This document shows, in pieces, positions 11,530-24,612 of a stretch of 64,000 nucleotides of DNA. Each line of letters opens with the position of its first letter. The stretch's first letter is position 1. A program made the position numbers and the translations under genes. The stretch spans positions 806,001-870,000 of the forward strand of contig CM075997.1 in the NCBI GenBank assembly GCA_038087875.1. Reading direction: 5' to 3'. Origin of the DNA: Malacoraja senta. Lineage: Eukaryota. The notes under the pieces are model-generated. The model saw only the letters and a list, made by a program, of their open reading frames with translations, ran no database searches and was not told where the DNA came from.

Positions 11530-12816
11530 AGAGTCGCCACTGTTGTTGGCATCTCCTGCCAATGACCCCGGGGAAGCCACGGACCGGCCACCGCAAGCCC
11601 CTCTCAGCGGCGCACATTGCACAAGGAAGGCACAAACTGTTGTAAGATAGCCGCCTGTGATTCACCCCCCCCGTCAGAACGCAGTGACACGGGGGCGCAC
11701 ATTCCATCTCCATGCTGTGATTTAACCCGCGCTCGATACGGACGTTGGCGTCTCGCCGCGATTTGATTTTTTTGCTCCGTGAGCCCGAGCCCTCCTTCTC
11801 GGTGACAATGGGATGATTGCCGACCAAAAGGGAAGGGAAGATCAAAGCGCCGGGTCGGAGAGGCTGCAGTTTTTGGATTTTGAAGCCCGGGGTCTGGGCA
11901 CGGACTGGGTGAGGCAAGGACCCTTCATCTTCCCTCTGGCTTCTGAGGTGCCCCAGAACTGCCCGGGCAATGTTTGCTGCATGGTGACTATTGGCAAACC
12001 AATTGTTTGGAATTGGGAAAAAATTGGAATTGAAGACAGGAAAACCGACCCCTTCAGCGTAAAGGGGGGGGGGTTTGCTTGTATAAATGCATGCGTGATG
12101 TAGATGTCCCCCCCCCCCCCTCTCCCAACCTTGAGTGGCCACAGGGAGAGAGAGATGACTCCGTGCAAGGTGTGCAGGTCATCCTGGTTGCAACTGGAGC
12201 CTTGCACCTGGATCTACGAAGGTGGTTCCTGAGGGGCGTGGAAGTGAACCCAAGTGGAGTCCATGCCCAGGCATCCAGCGGCATCTGATAGACCTTTGTA
12301 ACATCTCCATCCACCCCACTCCCGTCTGCTTTTGAACCCTCCCCCCCCCACCACCCACATCCACCTTGGTATCCTCCTGCCAAGACGACTGGAGGCGCTG
12401 AGAGACTTTGTGAGAAGCTGGTGACCGATCCCACTCTCCCGCCGGGCAAGAAGGAGGATTGAGGACTCCATCTCCATCCCTTCTGGACTCAACACCTGAT
12501 GAAGAAACACTGAGATACATGTGCGAACTTTCTGAAGCCGATGTGTGGATATATTGGCCTGGTGTGATTAGCCCATTGGTTAAGACTGGATATAGCGCAT
12601 TGAATGTTCATAAGTGACAGGAGCAGAATAGGCCATTCGGCCCATCGTCCATTCAACCACGGCTGATCTATCCCTTCCTCCTGACCCCATAACCTCTGAC
12701 ACCGAGGTATGCAAAGAGTTGCCACACAAAGGGCACCGACAATGTTACAAAGTACCCGCGGCCATGCTCCTCCCTTGTTTCCTCCTCCCCGCCACGGTGG
12801 GGCCCCACACGCGGCT

Positions 12817-13347
12817 GGGATGGGATGGAATGGGATGATGATATGCGATGGGATAGGGTGAGATGAGAGGGATAGGATCGGATGATGGGATGATATGGGA
12901 CGGGATGAGATCGGATGGGATGATATGGGATGGGATGAGATGGGGTGAGATGAGATGGGATGATAAGATGAGATGGGATAGGATCAGATGATGGGATGAT
13001 TTGGGGTGAGATGGGATGAGATGGGATGGGATGAGGGGATGGGATGATATGGGATGGGATGATATGGGGTGAGATGGGATGGGATGATATGGGATGGGAT
13101 GAGATGGGATGAGGGGTTGGGATGAGATGGGATAGGATTGGATGATGGGATGATATGGCATGGGATGAGATGGGTTGGGATGAGATGGGATGGGATGATA
13201 TGGGATGAGATGGGTTGGGATGAGATGGGATAGGATTGGATGATGGGATGATATGGCATGGGATGAGATGGGTTGGGATGAGATGGGTTGGGATGAGATG
13301 GATGGGATGAGATGGGTTGGATGAGATGGGATAGGATGGGGATGAGA
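12817..13347. repeat. (GGGAT/GAGAT)n pentamer repeat
   Basis: Direct periodicity. Confidence 0.95.
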
Positions 13348-13814
13348 TTCCTAGTGGGTCTCCACAGCGACAGAGCAGACACAAAGGCCGACCTTGTCTC
13401 TGCCCACGTTGCAGGGATTGGCGCTTCCCACACGCCGGTGACTGCGTGCGTTCCCACCCACGTGTTACAGCCTGTGGGTCGGTGAGCTAGCGGGCGCTGC
13501 ACGTCACCCATCGGTGTGTTCCCTCAGCCCATCTCCTCCCCACCCCTGCCCGAGTCACAGCACATCCTGTCACCCCCCCCCCCCCCCCCCAGCTGTGTAT
13601 TTGCACATCTACCAAGAGCCGAGAGTTGCATCAAACCAGGTGTCACTGCAGAAATGTGTCGCAAAGTCCTCAACGATGTCGCCAGTGTTGGGCCCAGTGT
13701 GTGCTTGTGCTGTTGCCTGCAAAGTGTGTAAAATGTGGTAAGGTCTTAAACCGGACTGCCGCTGTTAACTGTCACCATCTCCTTCTGCAAGGCAGAGCTA
13801 ACCTGCGAATGTTT

Positions 13815-14122
13815 GTGTGGGAAGGAACTGCAGATGCTGGTTTAAACCGAAGACAGACACAAAAGGCTGGAGTAACTCAGCGGGACAGGCAGCATCTCTG
13901 GAGAGAAGCAACGGGAGACGTTTCGGGTCCAGACCCTTCTTCAGATATGTTTTGTGGACGGCCGAGAGGGACGCGTCTCGTCCTCTGTGTCTGACCTGGT
14001 AGAAGGGTCTCGACCCAGAATGTCCCCATCCATGCCCTCCAGAGGTGCTGCCTGTCCCCGCTGAGTTCCTCCAGCATTTTGTGTCTATCTTCGGTGTAAA
14101 CCAGCATCTGCAGTTCCTTCCT
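13815..14122. mobile_element. Penelope-like terminal sequences in inverted pair
   Basis: GGAAGGAACTGCAGATGCTGG...GACGTTTCGGGTC..GACCCTTCTTCAG followed by its reverse complement. Confidence 0.7.
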
Positions 14123-14424
14123 GCACAGACCAAATGTGACCTGACTCCAGGTCAGTGTAACCTGGTGAACTCTCACCTCCCTGGGTCAGCCCTGGGTCTC
14201 CTGCCTCTGGTACCATCTCCGTGTCCAGAGTCAATTGTCAAGAATCCTTCACTGTCCTGGGAGCCAACAATGGAATTATAACATTCTTACTTGCTGCAGT
14301 TTAACGCACTCGTTCATGCAATAACACACAGATAATGTACAAGAACCTGCTCCCTCACCGACTACCCCTCCCACAGTGCGGCACTCCCTCTGTACCGCCC
14401 CTCTCTCGCACTGCCCTTCCCTAA

Positions 14425-15012
14425 AGTCTAGACACTTGGATAGTCTAGACACTTGGGAAGTCTAGACACTTGGGCAGTCTAGACACTTGGGAAGTCGAGA
14501 CACTTGGGCAGTCTAGACACTTGGGAAGTCTGGATACTTGGGCAGTCTAGACACTTGGGAAGTCGAGACACTTGGGCAGTCTAGATATTGAACAGTCTGG
14601 ACACTTGGGCAGTCTAGACACTTGGGTAGTCTAGACACTTGGGAAGTCTGGATACTTGGGAAGTCTAGACACTTGGGCATTCTAGACACTTGGGCAGTCT
14701 AGACCCTTGGGCCGTCTAGACACTTGGGCAGTCTAGACACTTGGGTAGTCTAGACACTTGGGAAGTCTGGATACTTGGGCAGTCTAGAAACTTGGGAAGT
14801 CTAGACACTTGGGTAGTCTAGACACTTGGGAAGTCTGGATACTTGGGCAGTCTAGAAACTTGGGAAAGTCTAGACACTTAGGCAGTCTAGACCCTTGGGT
14901 AGTCTAGACAGTTGGGCAGTCTATATATTGAACAGTCTGGATACTTGGGCAGTCTAGAACTTGGGCAGTCTAGAAACTTGGGAGTCTAGACACTTGGGCA
15001 GTCTAGACCCTT
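14425..15012. repeat. 17-bp minisatellite AGTCTAGACACTTGGGH, about 35 copies
   Basis: Direct periodicity; about 20 units retain the palindrome GTCTAGAC. Confidence 0.96.
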
Positions 15013-16207
15013 GAATTCCAGCCTCTCATTTGGGACTTGGACAGGTGGGACATTGGGACTGACTCAGGTAAACGTGAGAGCCCTTGAGTGGGCTTTGAAG
15101 GGTTAAATTACGGAGTTAATCAACCTCAAGAACCATCGAAGGAGACCCCGGCAATTTAACAGCGGTTTTAAGACCAAATAAAAGATGAATAAATTAATTG
15201 CTGTAAAAAATACAAAGTTACTATGAAACCGATTCCAGCGTTCTCAGTGTAAGGAAAACTGTACATTTTTTGACATGAAGCTGTTCCTATGTTTGTTGGT
15301 GAACCCTGTGCGTCTGATGCTGCAGCAAAATCTGGGAGCCTGGGGTGGATTGTCCCCACTGCTCGCAGCCAATGTCCTGGGATAGTCACTGCTCGGGATC
15401 GTCTGGGAGTGGGTGAAGTGAAATGACTGGTCGGCAAACGTCATCTTCGGGAATCATTATCAGTAATTTCTTTCCTTCCAAGTGAAATATTCTTGGTCCC
15501 TCGTTGTGTCCATCCAACTGTGCTTTGGGCTTTGGGATCCTTTAGTTTTGGGTGGGAGGGTTAATGGTGGTTGGGGGAGCGGGCAGGGAGCCAGGGTTAC
15601 CAGTGGGTGCTGTTGAAGGGTGCGTGAGAGAGGGAATAGCGTACAAGAACAAATGGGGGTGGGATTGATAGGATTGCCCGCAATGGCCAGCACAGGCTCG
15701 ATGGGCCGAATGGCCTTCTGTGTCCTAAACCATTATTTCGAGATAGCTGGTTCGAACCGCACTGGCATGAAGACCTAGCCCACTCCCTAGCCTTGTCATA
15801 GACACGAAAGGCTGGAGTAACTCCAGCAGGACAGGCAGCATCTCTGGGGAGAAGGAATGGGTGATGTTTCGGGTGAGACTGAGAGTCCGAAGAAGGGTCT
15901 CGACCCGAAACGTCACCCGTTCCTTCTCTCCGGAGATGCTGCCTGTCCCGCTGAGTTACTCCAGCTTTTTGTGTCTTATCTTCAGTGTAGACCAGCATGT
16001 GCAGTTCCTTCCTACACGGCCCCTAGCCTGGAGGTCCCAGCAACTGAATCAGTAGCTGGGCTGTAAGTGACCAAGTTCTCGTGGCGGGCTGCAGCATCGA
16101 AACGCACGTGGGAGAAGGCGTTGAGTTGTCCATGCTGTATGTTCTTGGCGTATCTGTGTTACAAAAGTGTGATGTCCGTTAAAGTAGGCGTGCCTGGCAG
16201 TTTTATG

Positions 16208-16213
16208 AATAAA
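16208..16213 (+). terminator. Candidate DPF1 polyadenylation signal
   Basis: AATAAA followed by T-rich sequence; interspersed repeats resume about 90 nt later. Confidence 0.45.
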
Positions 16214-17054
16214 AAAAATAATTGGATTTGATTTCTACCCTGGTCCATTTTATTTCATCGTTCCTCCGTGCCACCTCACACTGCTACAGTCCAGGCAATT
16301 GTTTGGTTTAGTTTAGAGATACAGCGTAGAAACAGGCCCCTTGGCCCACCGTGTTCGGGCCACCAGCGATCCCCGCACACTCATTATCTGCCGTTTAGAA
16401 CGGAGACGAGGAAACACTTTTTCTCACAGACAGTTGTGAGTCTGTGGAATTCTCTGCCTCAGAGGGCAGTGGAGGCAGGTTCTCTGGATGCTTTCAAGAG
16501 AGCTAGATAGGGCTCTTAAAATAGCAGAGTCAGGGGATATGGGGAGAAGGCAGGAACGGGGTACTGATTGGGGATGATCAGCCATGATCATATTGAATGG
16601 CGGTGCTGACTCGAAGGGGCCGAATGGCCTACTCCTGCACCTATTGTCTATTGTCTATTGTCTTACACTATCCTACACCCACTAGGGATAATTTACAATG
16701 TTTTACGAAGCCTATTCACCTACAAACCTGCACCCGCTGAGTTTCTCCAGCATTTTTGTCTACCTTCGATTTTCCAGCATCTGCAGTTCCTTCTTAAACA
16801 ACCTACAAACCTGCACGTCTTTGTGTGGGAGGAAACCGGAGCACCTGGGGAAAACCCACGCGGTCACAGGGAGATCGTGCAAACTCCGTATGGACAGCAC
16901 CCGTAGTCAGGATTGAACCCGGGTCTTTGGCGCCGTGAGGCAGCAGCTCTACCCGCTGCCCCATCTGCAGCTGTTTCTGCACAGCAAGCACTGGCCCTGA
17001 TAAGAATCGGACTCACGGGGTCCCTGGTGATGCTGCTTGAAGTAGGATTGAGAA

Positions 17055-17482
17055 CTGCCCTCAACCTGCCCTCCATCGACTCCATCTACACCTCACGCTG
17101 CCTCGGCAAGGCCAGCAGCATCATCAAGGACCAGTCGCTGCACCCCCAGCCACTCCCTCTTCTCCCCTCTCCCATCAGGCAAGAGGTACAGAAGCGTGAA
17201 AACAAACGCACACACCTCCAGATTCAGGGTCAGTTTCTTCCCAGCTGTTATCAGGCAACTGAACCATCCTACCACCAACTTGAGAGCGGTCCTGAACTAA
17301 CTATCTACCTCATTGGAGACCCACGGACTATCTTTAATCAGACTCTATTGGACTTTATCTTGCACTGAATGTCATTCCCTTTATCCAGTATCCGCACACT
17401 GTGGACGGCTCGATTGTAATCACGTATTGTCTTCCCGCTGACTGGTTAGCACGCAACAAAAAGCTTTTCACTGTACCTCGCT
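17055..17482 (+). mobile_element. Rex1/Babar-like LINE 3' end and tail
   Basis: LPSIDSIYTSRCLGKASSIIKD and a tail ending CAATAAACTA. Tail copies at about 23315-23490 (-), 27232-27522 and 62660-62950. Confidence 0.7.
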
Positions 17483-17861
17483 ACATGTGGCAATAAACTA
17501 ACCATGAGCCAGAGAGAGAGAGAGAAGAGACACCTCAGAAACACTCCATGTTGAACTCTACCACCAATCTACCCATGTAGTTATAGAGTTATACAACGAG
17601 GAAACAGGCCCTTCAGCCCAACATGCCCATGCCGACCAACATGCCCCATCGACACTAAGATGGGTGTCGTTTTCAGGTTCGGGACCCTTTTCAAACCTAC
17701 TGGGTGGTGACTCAGTCTGAAGAAGGGTCTCGACCCTAAACGTCACCCATTCCTTCTCTCCAGAGATGCTGTCTGTCCCGCTGAGTTACTCCAGCCTTTT
17801 GTGTCAACCTTCAGCATATCTGGAGAACATGTATAGGTGACATTTTCAGGTTGGGACCTGA

Positions 17862-18098
17862 CTCCCCACCATTGTAGATGTGGCCCAGTCCATCACACAC
17901 ACCACACTCCCCACCATTATAGATGTGGCCCAGTCCACCACACACACCACACTCCCCACCATTGTAGATGTGGCCCAGTCCATCACACAGACCACACTCC
18001 CCACCATTGTAGATGTGGCCCAGTCCACCACACACACCACACTCCCCACCATTGTAGATGTGGCCCAGTCCATCACACACACCACACTCCCCACCATT
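17862..18098. repeat. 45-bp tandem repeat, about 5 copies, derived from Rex1/Babar-like coding sequence
   Basis: CTCCCCACCATTGTAGATGTGGCCCAGTCCATCACACACACCACA units continue into LPTIDSIYTSRC. Confidence 0.9.
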
Positions 18099-18577
18099 GA
18101 CTCCATCTACACTTCACGCTGCTTCAGAGACACAGCCAACAAAGTCTTGTCATCACCCCTGGTCGTTCCTTCTCCTCCCCGCTCCCGTCCGGCAGAAGGT
18201 ACAGAAGCTTGAAAGCCCACACCACCAGACTCAGGACAGCTTCTTCCCTCTGTTATCAGGCTTCTGAACGGTCCTTCCATAAGCTAGGGTACTGTCCGAT
18301 TCACCTCTACCCCATTGCGGACATTGGACTTTGTCTCTGGAACTGCTGCGCTACAAATGCTGAGAACTATATTCTGCACTCTGTATCTTCCCCTTTGCTC
18401 TACCTGTTGGACCTGACGTTGACCTGATTGTATTTATGTACGGTATGTCTGATCTTCTTAGATAGCATGCGGGGCAAAGCTTTCCACGCATGACCATATT
18501 AACCTAAATCCTTTTAATCCAACCTCCAACTTAAATGCTTCAGTGTCTATGTGCCTTCACTGGAGTAAATTAGATGC

Positions 18578-19005
18578 TGAGAGAGAGAAGGGGAGAGAGG
18601 GAGAGGGAGAGGAGAGAGAGAGAGGGGATGGAGAGAGTGAGAGGGAGAGGGGGGGGAGAGGACGCAAGTGGGGGAGGAAGCGAGGAGGAGAGGGGGGGAA
18701 GAGAGAGCGAGGGAGAGAGGGAGAGGGAGAGAGGGAGAGGGAGGGGAGAGAGAACGAGAGAGAGAGAGGGAGACACGGGGGGAGGGAGGGAGGGAGGGTA
18801 GAGAGAGAGGGAAAGGAAGGGGGATAGAGAATGAGAGAGGGAACGCGAGTGGAGGGGAGAGGGAGGAGGGGGGAGAGAGATAGAGAGAGGGGGGATAGAG
18901 AGAGAGAGAGAGGGGGGAGAGAGAGAGAGGGGGTGCTAAAGAGAGAGAGAGAGAGAGGGAGAGAATGAAAGGTGCGATGGAGTGGGAGAGAGAGAGGGAG
19001 AGGGG

Positions 19006-19043
<38 letters not shown>

Positions 19044-19310
19044 ATAAAGAGAGAGAGAGAGAGAGGGAGGAGAATGAAAGGTGTTGATGGAGTGGGAGAG
19101 AGAGAGGGAAGAGGGGGGATAGAGAGAGAGAGAGAGAGAGAGAGGGGATAAAGAGAGAGAGAGAGAGAGAGGGAGAGAATGAAAGGTGTGATGGAGTGGG
19201 AGAGAGAGAGGGAGGGGGGGATAGAGAGGGAGAGAGAGAGAGAGAGAGAGGGGGGATAGAGAGGAGAGAGAGAGAGAGAGAGAGAGGGGGATAGAGAGAG
19301 AGGGGGGGGA
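18578..19310. repeat. GA-rich simple repeat
   Basis: (GA)n/(GGGA)n with three GAGAATGAAAGGTG..GATGGAGTGG units. Confidence 0.95.
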
Positions 19311-20578
19311 AACTGATGGAGGTGGGAGGTACATCAGAGCTTGCTCACAATGAGATGGGGTGTGGAGGAGAGGGCTGGAGATGCCTTGCTCCCAGCGGGA
19401 GAGCGTTGTCAAGGAACAGGGAGCTGCTTGTAGTCGGAGCATGCATGATTGATGTGCGGTGAAACTATTAAGAACTCAATATGAAAATGTGGGGAGACGG
19501 GATGCGGTGGGTGATGGTTTTGCTCTGTCATGTCACGAGCTGCCGGAGATGAAACGCTTTCATTACCCACGACGGCCTGGTGCAGAGGCATCTCCCAGAC
19601 TTTCCCCTCTCGCATTCCTCAAACAAAAACCCATTCCTGCTTATTTATTCCATTTAAAATTCCTCCAGAACGAGTCTCTGAGCAGAAGGAAGTTCGACTG
19701 GAGAGTTAATGAGCACCGGTGCTGTCAAATATCGCTCCACTCTCCAGTTCAATCCCTGCCTCTATTCCTAACTCTGTATTCCATTTTTATTCAGTTTAGT
19801 TTCGAGATACAGCGTAGAAACAGGCCCTTCGGCCCACTGAGTCCGTACTGACCAGCGATCCCCGCACACTAACACTGCCCCCCCCCCAAACACACACACA
19901 CACACACTAGGGACAATTTACACATACACCATGCCAATTAACCTCCAACCTGCTTGCAACATGTCCACTCTTCCACACAGAGGCCTGGATAGAACGGATG
20001 TGGAGAAGATGCTTCCACTGGTGGGAGAGTCTAGGACCAGAGGGCACAGCCTCAGAATTAAAGGACGTACCTTTAGAAAGGAGATGAGGAGGAATTTCTT
20101 GAGACAGAGGAAGAGTTCTTGAATTTGTGGAATTCTTTGTGGAGTCAATGGATTTTTAAGGTGGAGATTGCTAGATTCTTGACTAGTGCGGGTGTCAGGG
20201 GTTACGGGGAGAAGGCAGGAGAATGGGGTTAGGAGGGAGAGACAGATCAGCCATGATTGAATGGCGGGGTAAACTGGACGGGCCGAATGGCCAATTCTGC
20301 TATCCTTTCAAATTATATTACACCTGAGCGTATCAGGTGGTGCAAAAGAGAATATAGTGTTGCAGCTAGAGAGAAAGTGCAGCTTAATTTTTTTTTAAAG
20401 TGCAAGGGCCCAAACAAGGTAGGTTGGGAGATTGGAAATACATCCCAAGTGGATTTAATATCAGCAAGGAAGTAGTTGATCCTGAATCTAGTGGGGTGTG
20501 CTTTCAAGCTTTTGTGTCTTCTGCCTGATGGGAGAGGGGAGAAGGGGAATAACTGGGGTGTGAGTGGAACTTGATTGT

Positions 20579-21232
20579 GGGGTACAGTACCGGTGGGGAC
20601 GTGTCCGTGTGTGTGTACAACACTGGGGTACAGTGTAACACTGGGGTACAGTACAACACTGGGGTACAGTGTAACACTGGGGTACAGTACAACACTGGGG
20701 TACAGTATAACACTGGGGTACAGTAGCGGTGGGGACGGGTCTGTGTGTGTGTACAACACTGGGGTACAGTGTAACACTGGGGTACAGTATAACACTGGGG
20801 TACAGTGTAACACTGGGGTACAGTGTAACACTGGGGTACAGTATAACACTGGGGTACAGTATAACACTGGGGTACAGTGTAACACTGGGGTACAGTATAA
20901 CACTGGGGTACAGTATAACACTGGGGTACAGTGTAACACTGGGGTACAGTATAACACTGGGGTACAGTGTAACACTGGGGTACAGTATAACACTGGGGTA
21001 CAGTATAACACTGGGGTACAGTATAACACTGGGGTACAGTGTAACACTGGGTACAGTATAACACTGGGGTACAGTGTAACACTGGGGTACAGTATAACAC
21101 TGGGGTACAGTGTAACACTGGGGTACAGTATAACACTGGGGTACAGTGTAACACTGGGGTACAGTGTAACACTGGGGTACAGGACCAGTGGGGACGAGTG
21201 TGTCTGTATAACAGGGATAGGGTACACTGTCA
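20579..21232. repeat. 18-bp minisatellite ACACTGGGGTACAGTRTA
   Basis: Direct periodicity; inverted copies at about 21497-21557 and 21735-21800. Confidence 0.95.
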
Positions 21233-21959
21233 CACTGCATCTCTGTTTCTGAGCTTCATCCTCGTACCTCCCCTTTAAGGAGAGCTGCAGAATGTTGCCG
21301 TCTGCTTCATGTCGACTGTGGGGATGAGGTGTGAGATGTGCACACACCTACGCAGGCATCCATCGCCACCAGTCATTTTACATCCAAACAAAAAACTATT
21401 TTCTTTGTGCACAAAACGCCATATTTTTGTGATTATTGAGCTGCAAATGGGAAGTAAAAATGTTTCACTTATACTGGTAAAATGTATCCCATCCAACCCA
21501 GTGTTACACACACACAGACAGACAGACCCGTCCCCACCGGTACTGTACCCCAGTGTTTCTAGAGAGAGCTGAGATAGGGCTCTTAAAAATCGCAGAGTCA
21601 GGGGATATGGGGAGAAGGCAGGAACGGGGTACTGATTGGGGATGATCAGCCATGATCACATTGAATGGCGGTGCTGGCTCGAAGGGCTGAATGGCCTACT
21701 GCACCTATTGTCTATTGTCTATTGTCTATTGTGATACTGTACCCCAGTGTTACACACACACAACCCGTCCCCACCTGTACTGTACCCCAGTGTTATACAG
21801 CCTACACTGTGGATGGGTCGATTGTAACCATATATTGTCTTTCTGCCGGCTGGTTAGCACGCAACACAAAAACACGTGACAATAAATTAGACTATCCAAC
21901 TAACTTGTGGCTCCTTTTCCCAATGACTAACAAGGGATTTGTTAATCTATGACTAAACA

Positions 21960-22424
21960 AGGGAAATTTCCAAATAAATTTCAAGATCCTCCTCTATGTC
22001 TACAAAGCCCTCAACGGGCTTGCCCCCACCTACATCAAAGTCTGCTCACCCACCACTCCACCTCCAGGTCCCTCAGGTCGGCCGACTTGGGGTTACTGAA
22101 CATCCCGGGGTCTAGGCATAAGCTCAGGGGCGACCGCGCCTTTGCGGTTGCAGCCCCTAGACTGTGGAACAGCATCCCCCTTCCCATCAGAACTGCCCCC
22201 TCCATCGACTCCTTTAAGTCGAAACTAAAAACTCATCTTTACTCCCAAGCCTTTCTTGACGTCCTCTGAGCGAGGGCTGTATGTATGTAGTGATGTTTGT
22301 ATTTAATCTATGAACCACTGTTGTATAACGTTAGTACCTCCACCAATGTAAAGCACTTTGGTCAACGAGAGTTGTTTTTTAATTGTGCTATAGAAATAAA
22401 AGTGACTTGACTTGACTTGACTTG
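21960..22424 (+). mobile_element. L2-clade LINE 3' end
   Basis: FKILLYVYKALNGLAP.../RSLRS...GDRAFAVAAPRLWNSIP...SFKSKLKTHL, then AATAAA and a (GACTT)n tail. Confidence 0.85.
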
Positions 22425-23714
22425 AAGGGCAGCCTAGGTCCAGTCAGATGTCGACTGAAGGGCACCAGCTGATCGTTGTAATCGGACAGGAACAGTCCCT
22501 TCAGCCCTACTTGCCCATACTGACCACAATGTCCCATGCTGCTGTTGTCCAACTCTGCTCTGACTGGTGTGTCATAGAGTGATACAGTGTGGAAACAGGC
22601 CCAACCTGCCCACACCGGCCAACATGTCCCAGCTACACTAGTCCCATCTGCCTGCGTTTGGTCCATATCCCTCCAAAATATCCCTCCTATCTATGTACCT
22701 GTCTAACTGTTTTTTAAATGTTGGGATAGTCCCTGCCTCAACCACCTCCTCTGGCAGCTCGTTCCATACACCCACCACCCTTTGTGTTTGAAAAAGTTAC
22801 CCCGCAGATTCCCATTAAATCTATTCCCCTTCACCTTGAACCAATGTGTGCGTAAAAGACTCTCCCTGTGAAACCAAAAGCCGTGACGCTCTCCCTTGTG
22901 CCAGGAGCCAGCGATCTTTACTCTGCAGAGTGGTAGAATCACGGAGTTGTAGTTTAGAGATACAGCGCTGAAGCAGGCCCTTCAGCCCATCGAATCCAGC
23001 AATTTCCCGGATTTTTTTCCCGAATTGGACCTGGGTTTTTATCCGGTTTTTTGCCTCCCCCAGGAGATCACGCGGTTCTTGGGGTGGAGAGGGGTGATAG
23101 CGATATAAAGGGGAGGGTAGTGTCTTGTGTTCTGTGTCTTGTGTCTACTGTTTGTGGGTAAGGGTGTCTGTTTGGTGTTCAGCCATGAGCGAATGGCGGT
23201 GCGGGCTCGATGGGCCTGGTGGTCTACTCTCGCACCTACTTTCTATGTTTCTATGTTTCTATGTTTCTATCCCCGCACACTAACACTATCCGACACACAC
23301 TAGGGACAATTTCAGTTCAGTCTAGTTTATTGTCACGTGTACCGAGGTACAGTGAAAAGCTTTTGTTGTGAGCTAACCAGTCAGCAGAAAGACAATACAT
23401 GATTACAATCGAGCCATTTACAGTGTATAGGTACATGATAAGGGAATAACGTTTAGTGCAAGGGTAAAGCCAGCAAAGTCCCATCAAGGTTTATCATAAT
23501 TTACATGTATACCGAGCCAATTAACTGACAAACCTGTACGTCTTTGGAGTATGGGAGGTAACCACCCAGGTCACGGGGAGAACGTACAAACTCCGTACAG
23601 ACAGCACCCGTAGTCAGGATCGAACCCGGGTCTCCGGCGCTGTGAGGCAGCAACTCTACCGCTGCGCCACCGTGCTGCTGAATTCTGGCCCCATTTACCG
23701 GCGTTTAGTCCCCA

Positions 23715-24380
23715 CAGTCCCGTTTATATCAACGGGTCGATGGTGGAGAGGGTCAAGAGGTTCAAATTCCTGGGCGTGCACATCTCTGAAGATCTTTCCT
23801 GGTCCGAGAACAATGATGCCATTATTAAGAAAGCACATCAGCGCCTCTACTTCCTGAGAAGATTACGGAGAGTCGGTTTGTCAAGGAGGACTCTCTCTAA
23901 CTTCTACAGGTGCACAGTAGAGAGCATGCTGACCGGTTGCATCGTGGCTTGGTTCGGCAACTTGAGCGCCCTGGAGAGGAAAAGACTACAAAAAGTAGTA
24001 AACACTGCCCAGTCCATCATCGGCTCTGACCTCCCTTCCATCGAGGGGATCTATCACAGTCGCTGCCTCAAAAAGGCTGGCAGCATCATCACGACCCACA
24101 CCATCCTGGCCACACACTCATCTCCCCGCTACCTTCAGGTAGAAGGTACAGGAGCCTGAAGACTCCAACGACCAGATTCAGGAATAGCTACTTCCCCACA
24201 GCCATCAGGCTATTAAACTCAACTGAAACAAAACTCTGAACATTAATAGCCCATTATCTGTTTATTTGCACTTTATCAGTTTATTTATTCATGTGTGTAT
24301 ATATTTATATAATGGTATATGGACACACTGATCTGTTCTGTAGTCAATGCCTACTATGTTCTGTTGTGCTGAAGCAAAGC
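23715..24380 (+). mobile_element. Rex1/Babar-like LINE, RT C-terminal fragment
   Basis: VERVKRFKFLGVHISEDLSW...KKAHQRLYFLRRL...FYRCTVES.LTGCI.AWFG. Confidence 0.85.
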
Positions 24381-24395
24381 AAGAATTTCATTGGT

Positions 24396-24612
24396 ACACA
24401 AAAATGCTGGAGAAACTCAGCGGGTGCAGCAGCATCTATGGAGCGAAGGAAATAGGCAACTTTTCAGGCCGAAATCCTTCTTCAGTCTGAAAAAGGGTTT
24501 CGGCCCGAAACATTGCCTATTTCCTTCGCTCCATAGATGCTGCTGCACCCGCTGAGTTTCTCCAGCATTTTTGTCTACCTTCGATTTTCCAGCATCTGCA
24601 GTTCCTTCTTAA
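24396..24612. mobile_element. Penelope-like terminus fold-back
   Basis: Arms of about 85 bp, centred near 24486. Confidence 0.75.

Larger units (their letters stand above)
11530..16230 (+). other. DPF1: Putative long DPF1 3' UTR
   Basis: Follows the stop codon. AATAAA occurs at about 15177 and 15188 in an AT-rich patch and at 16208. The end point is inferred. Confidence 0.5.

Noticed and set aside
11453..12520. Minus-strand ORFs of 100-229 aa over the DPF1 3' end
   Set aside because: No recognisable homology or splice pattern; antisense to GC-rich UTR.
14425..15012. CRISPR-like regular array
   Set aside because: Head-to-tail units without unique spacers, no cas genes, eukaryotic context.
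20313..21347. Several 200-340-aa ORFs (YPSVTL, GVQYNT)
   Set aside because: The 18-bp repeat lacks stop codons in most frames.
23740..24159. 139-aa ORF as a host gene
   Set aside because: C-terminal fragment of a non-LTR retrotransposon reverse transcriptase.
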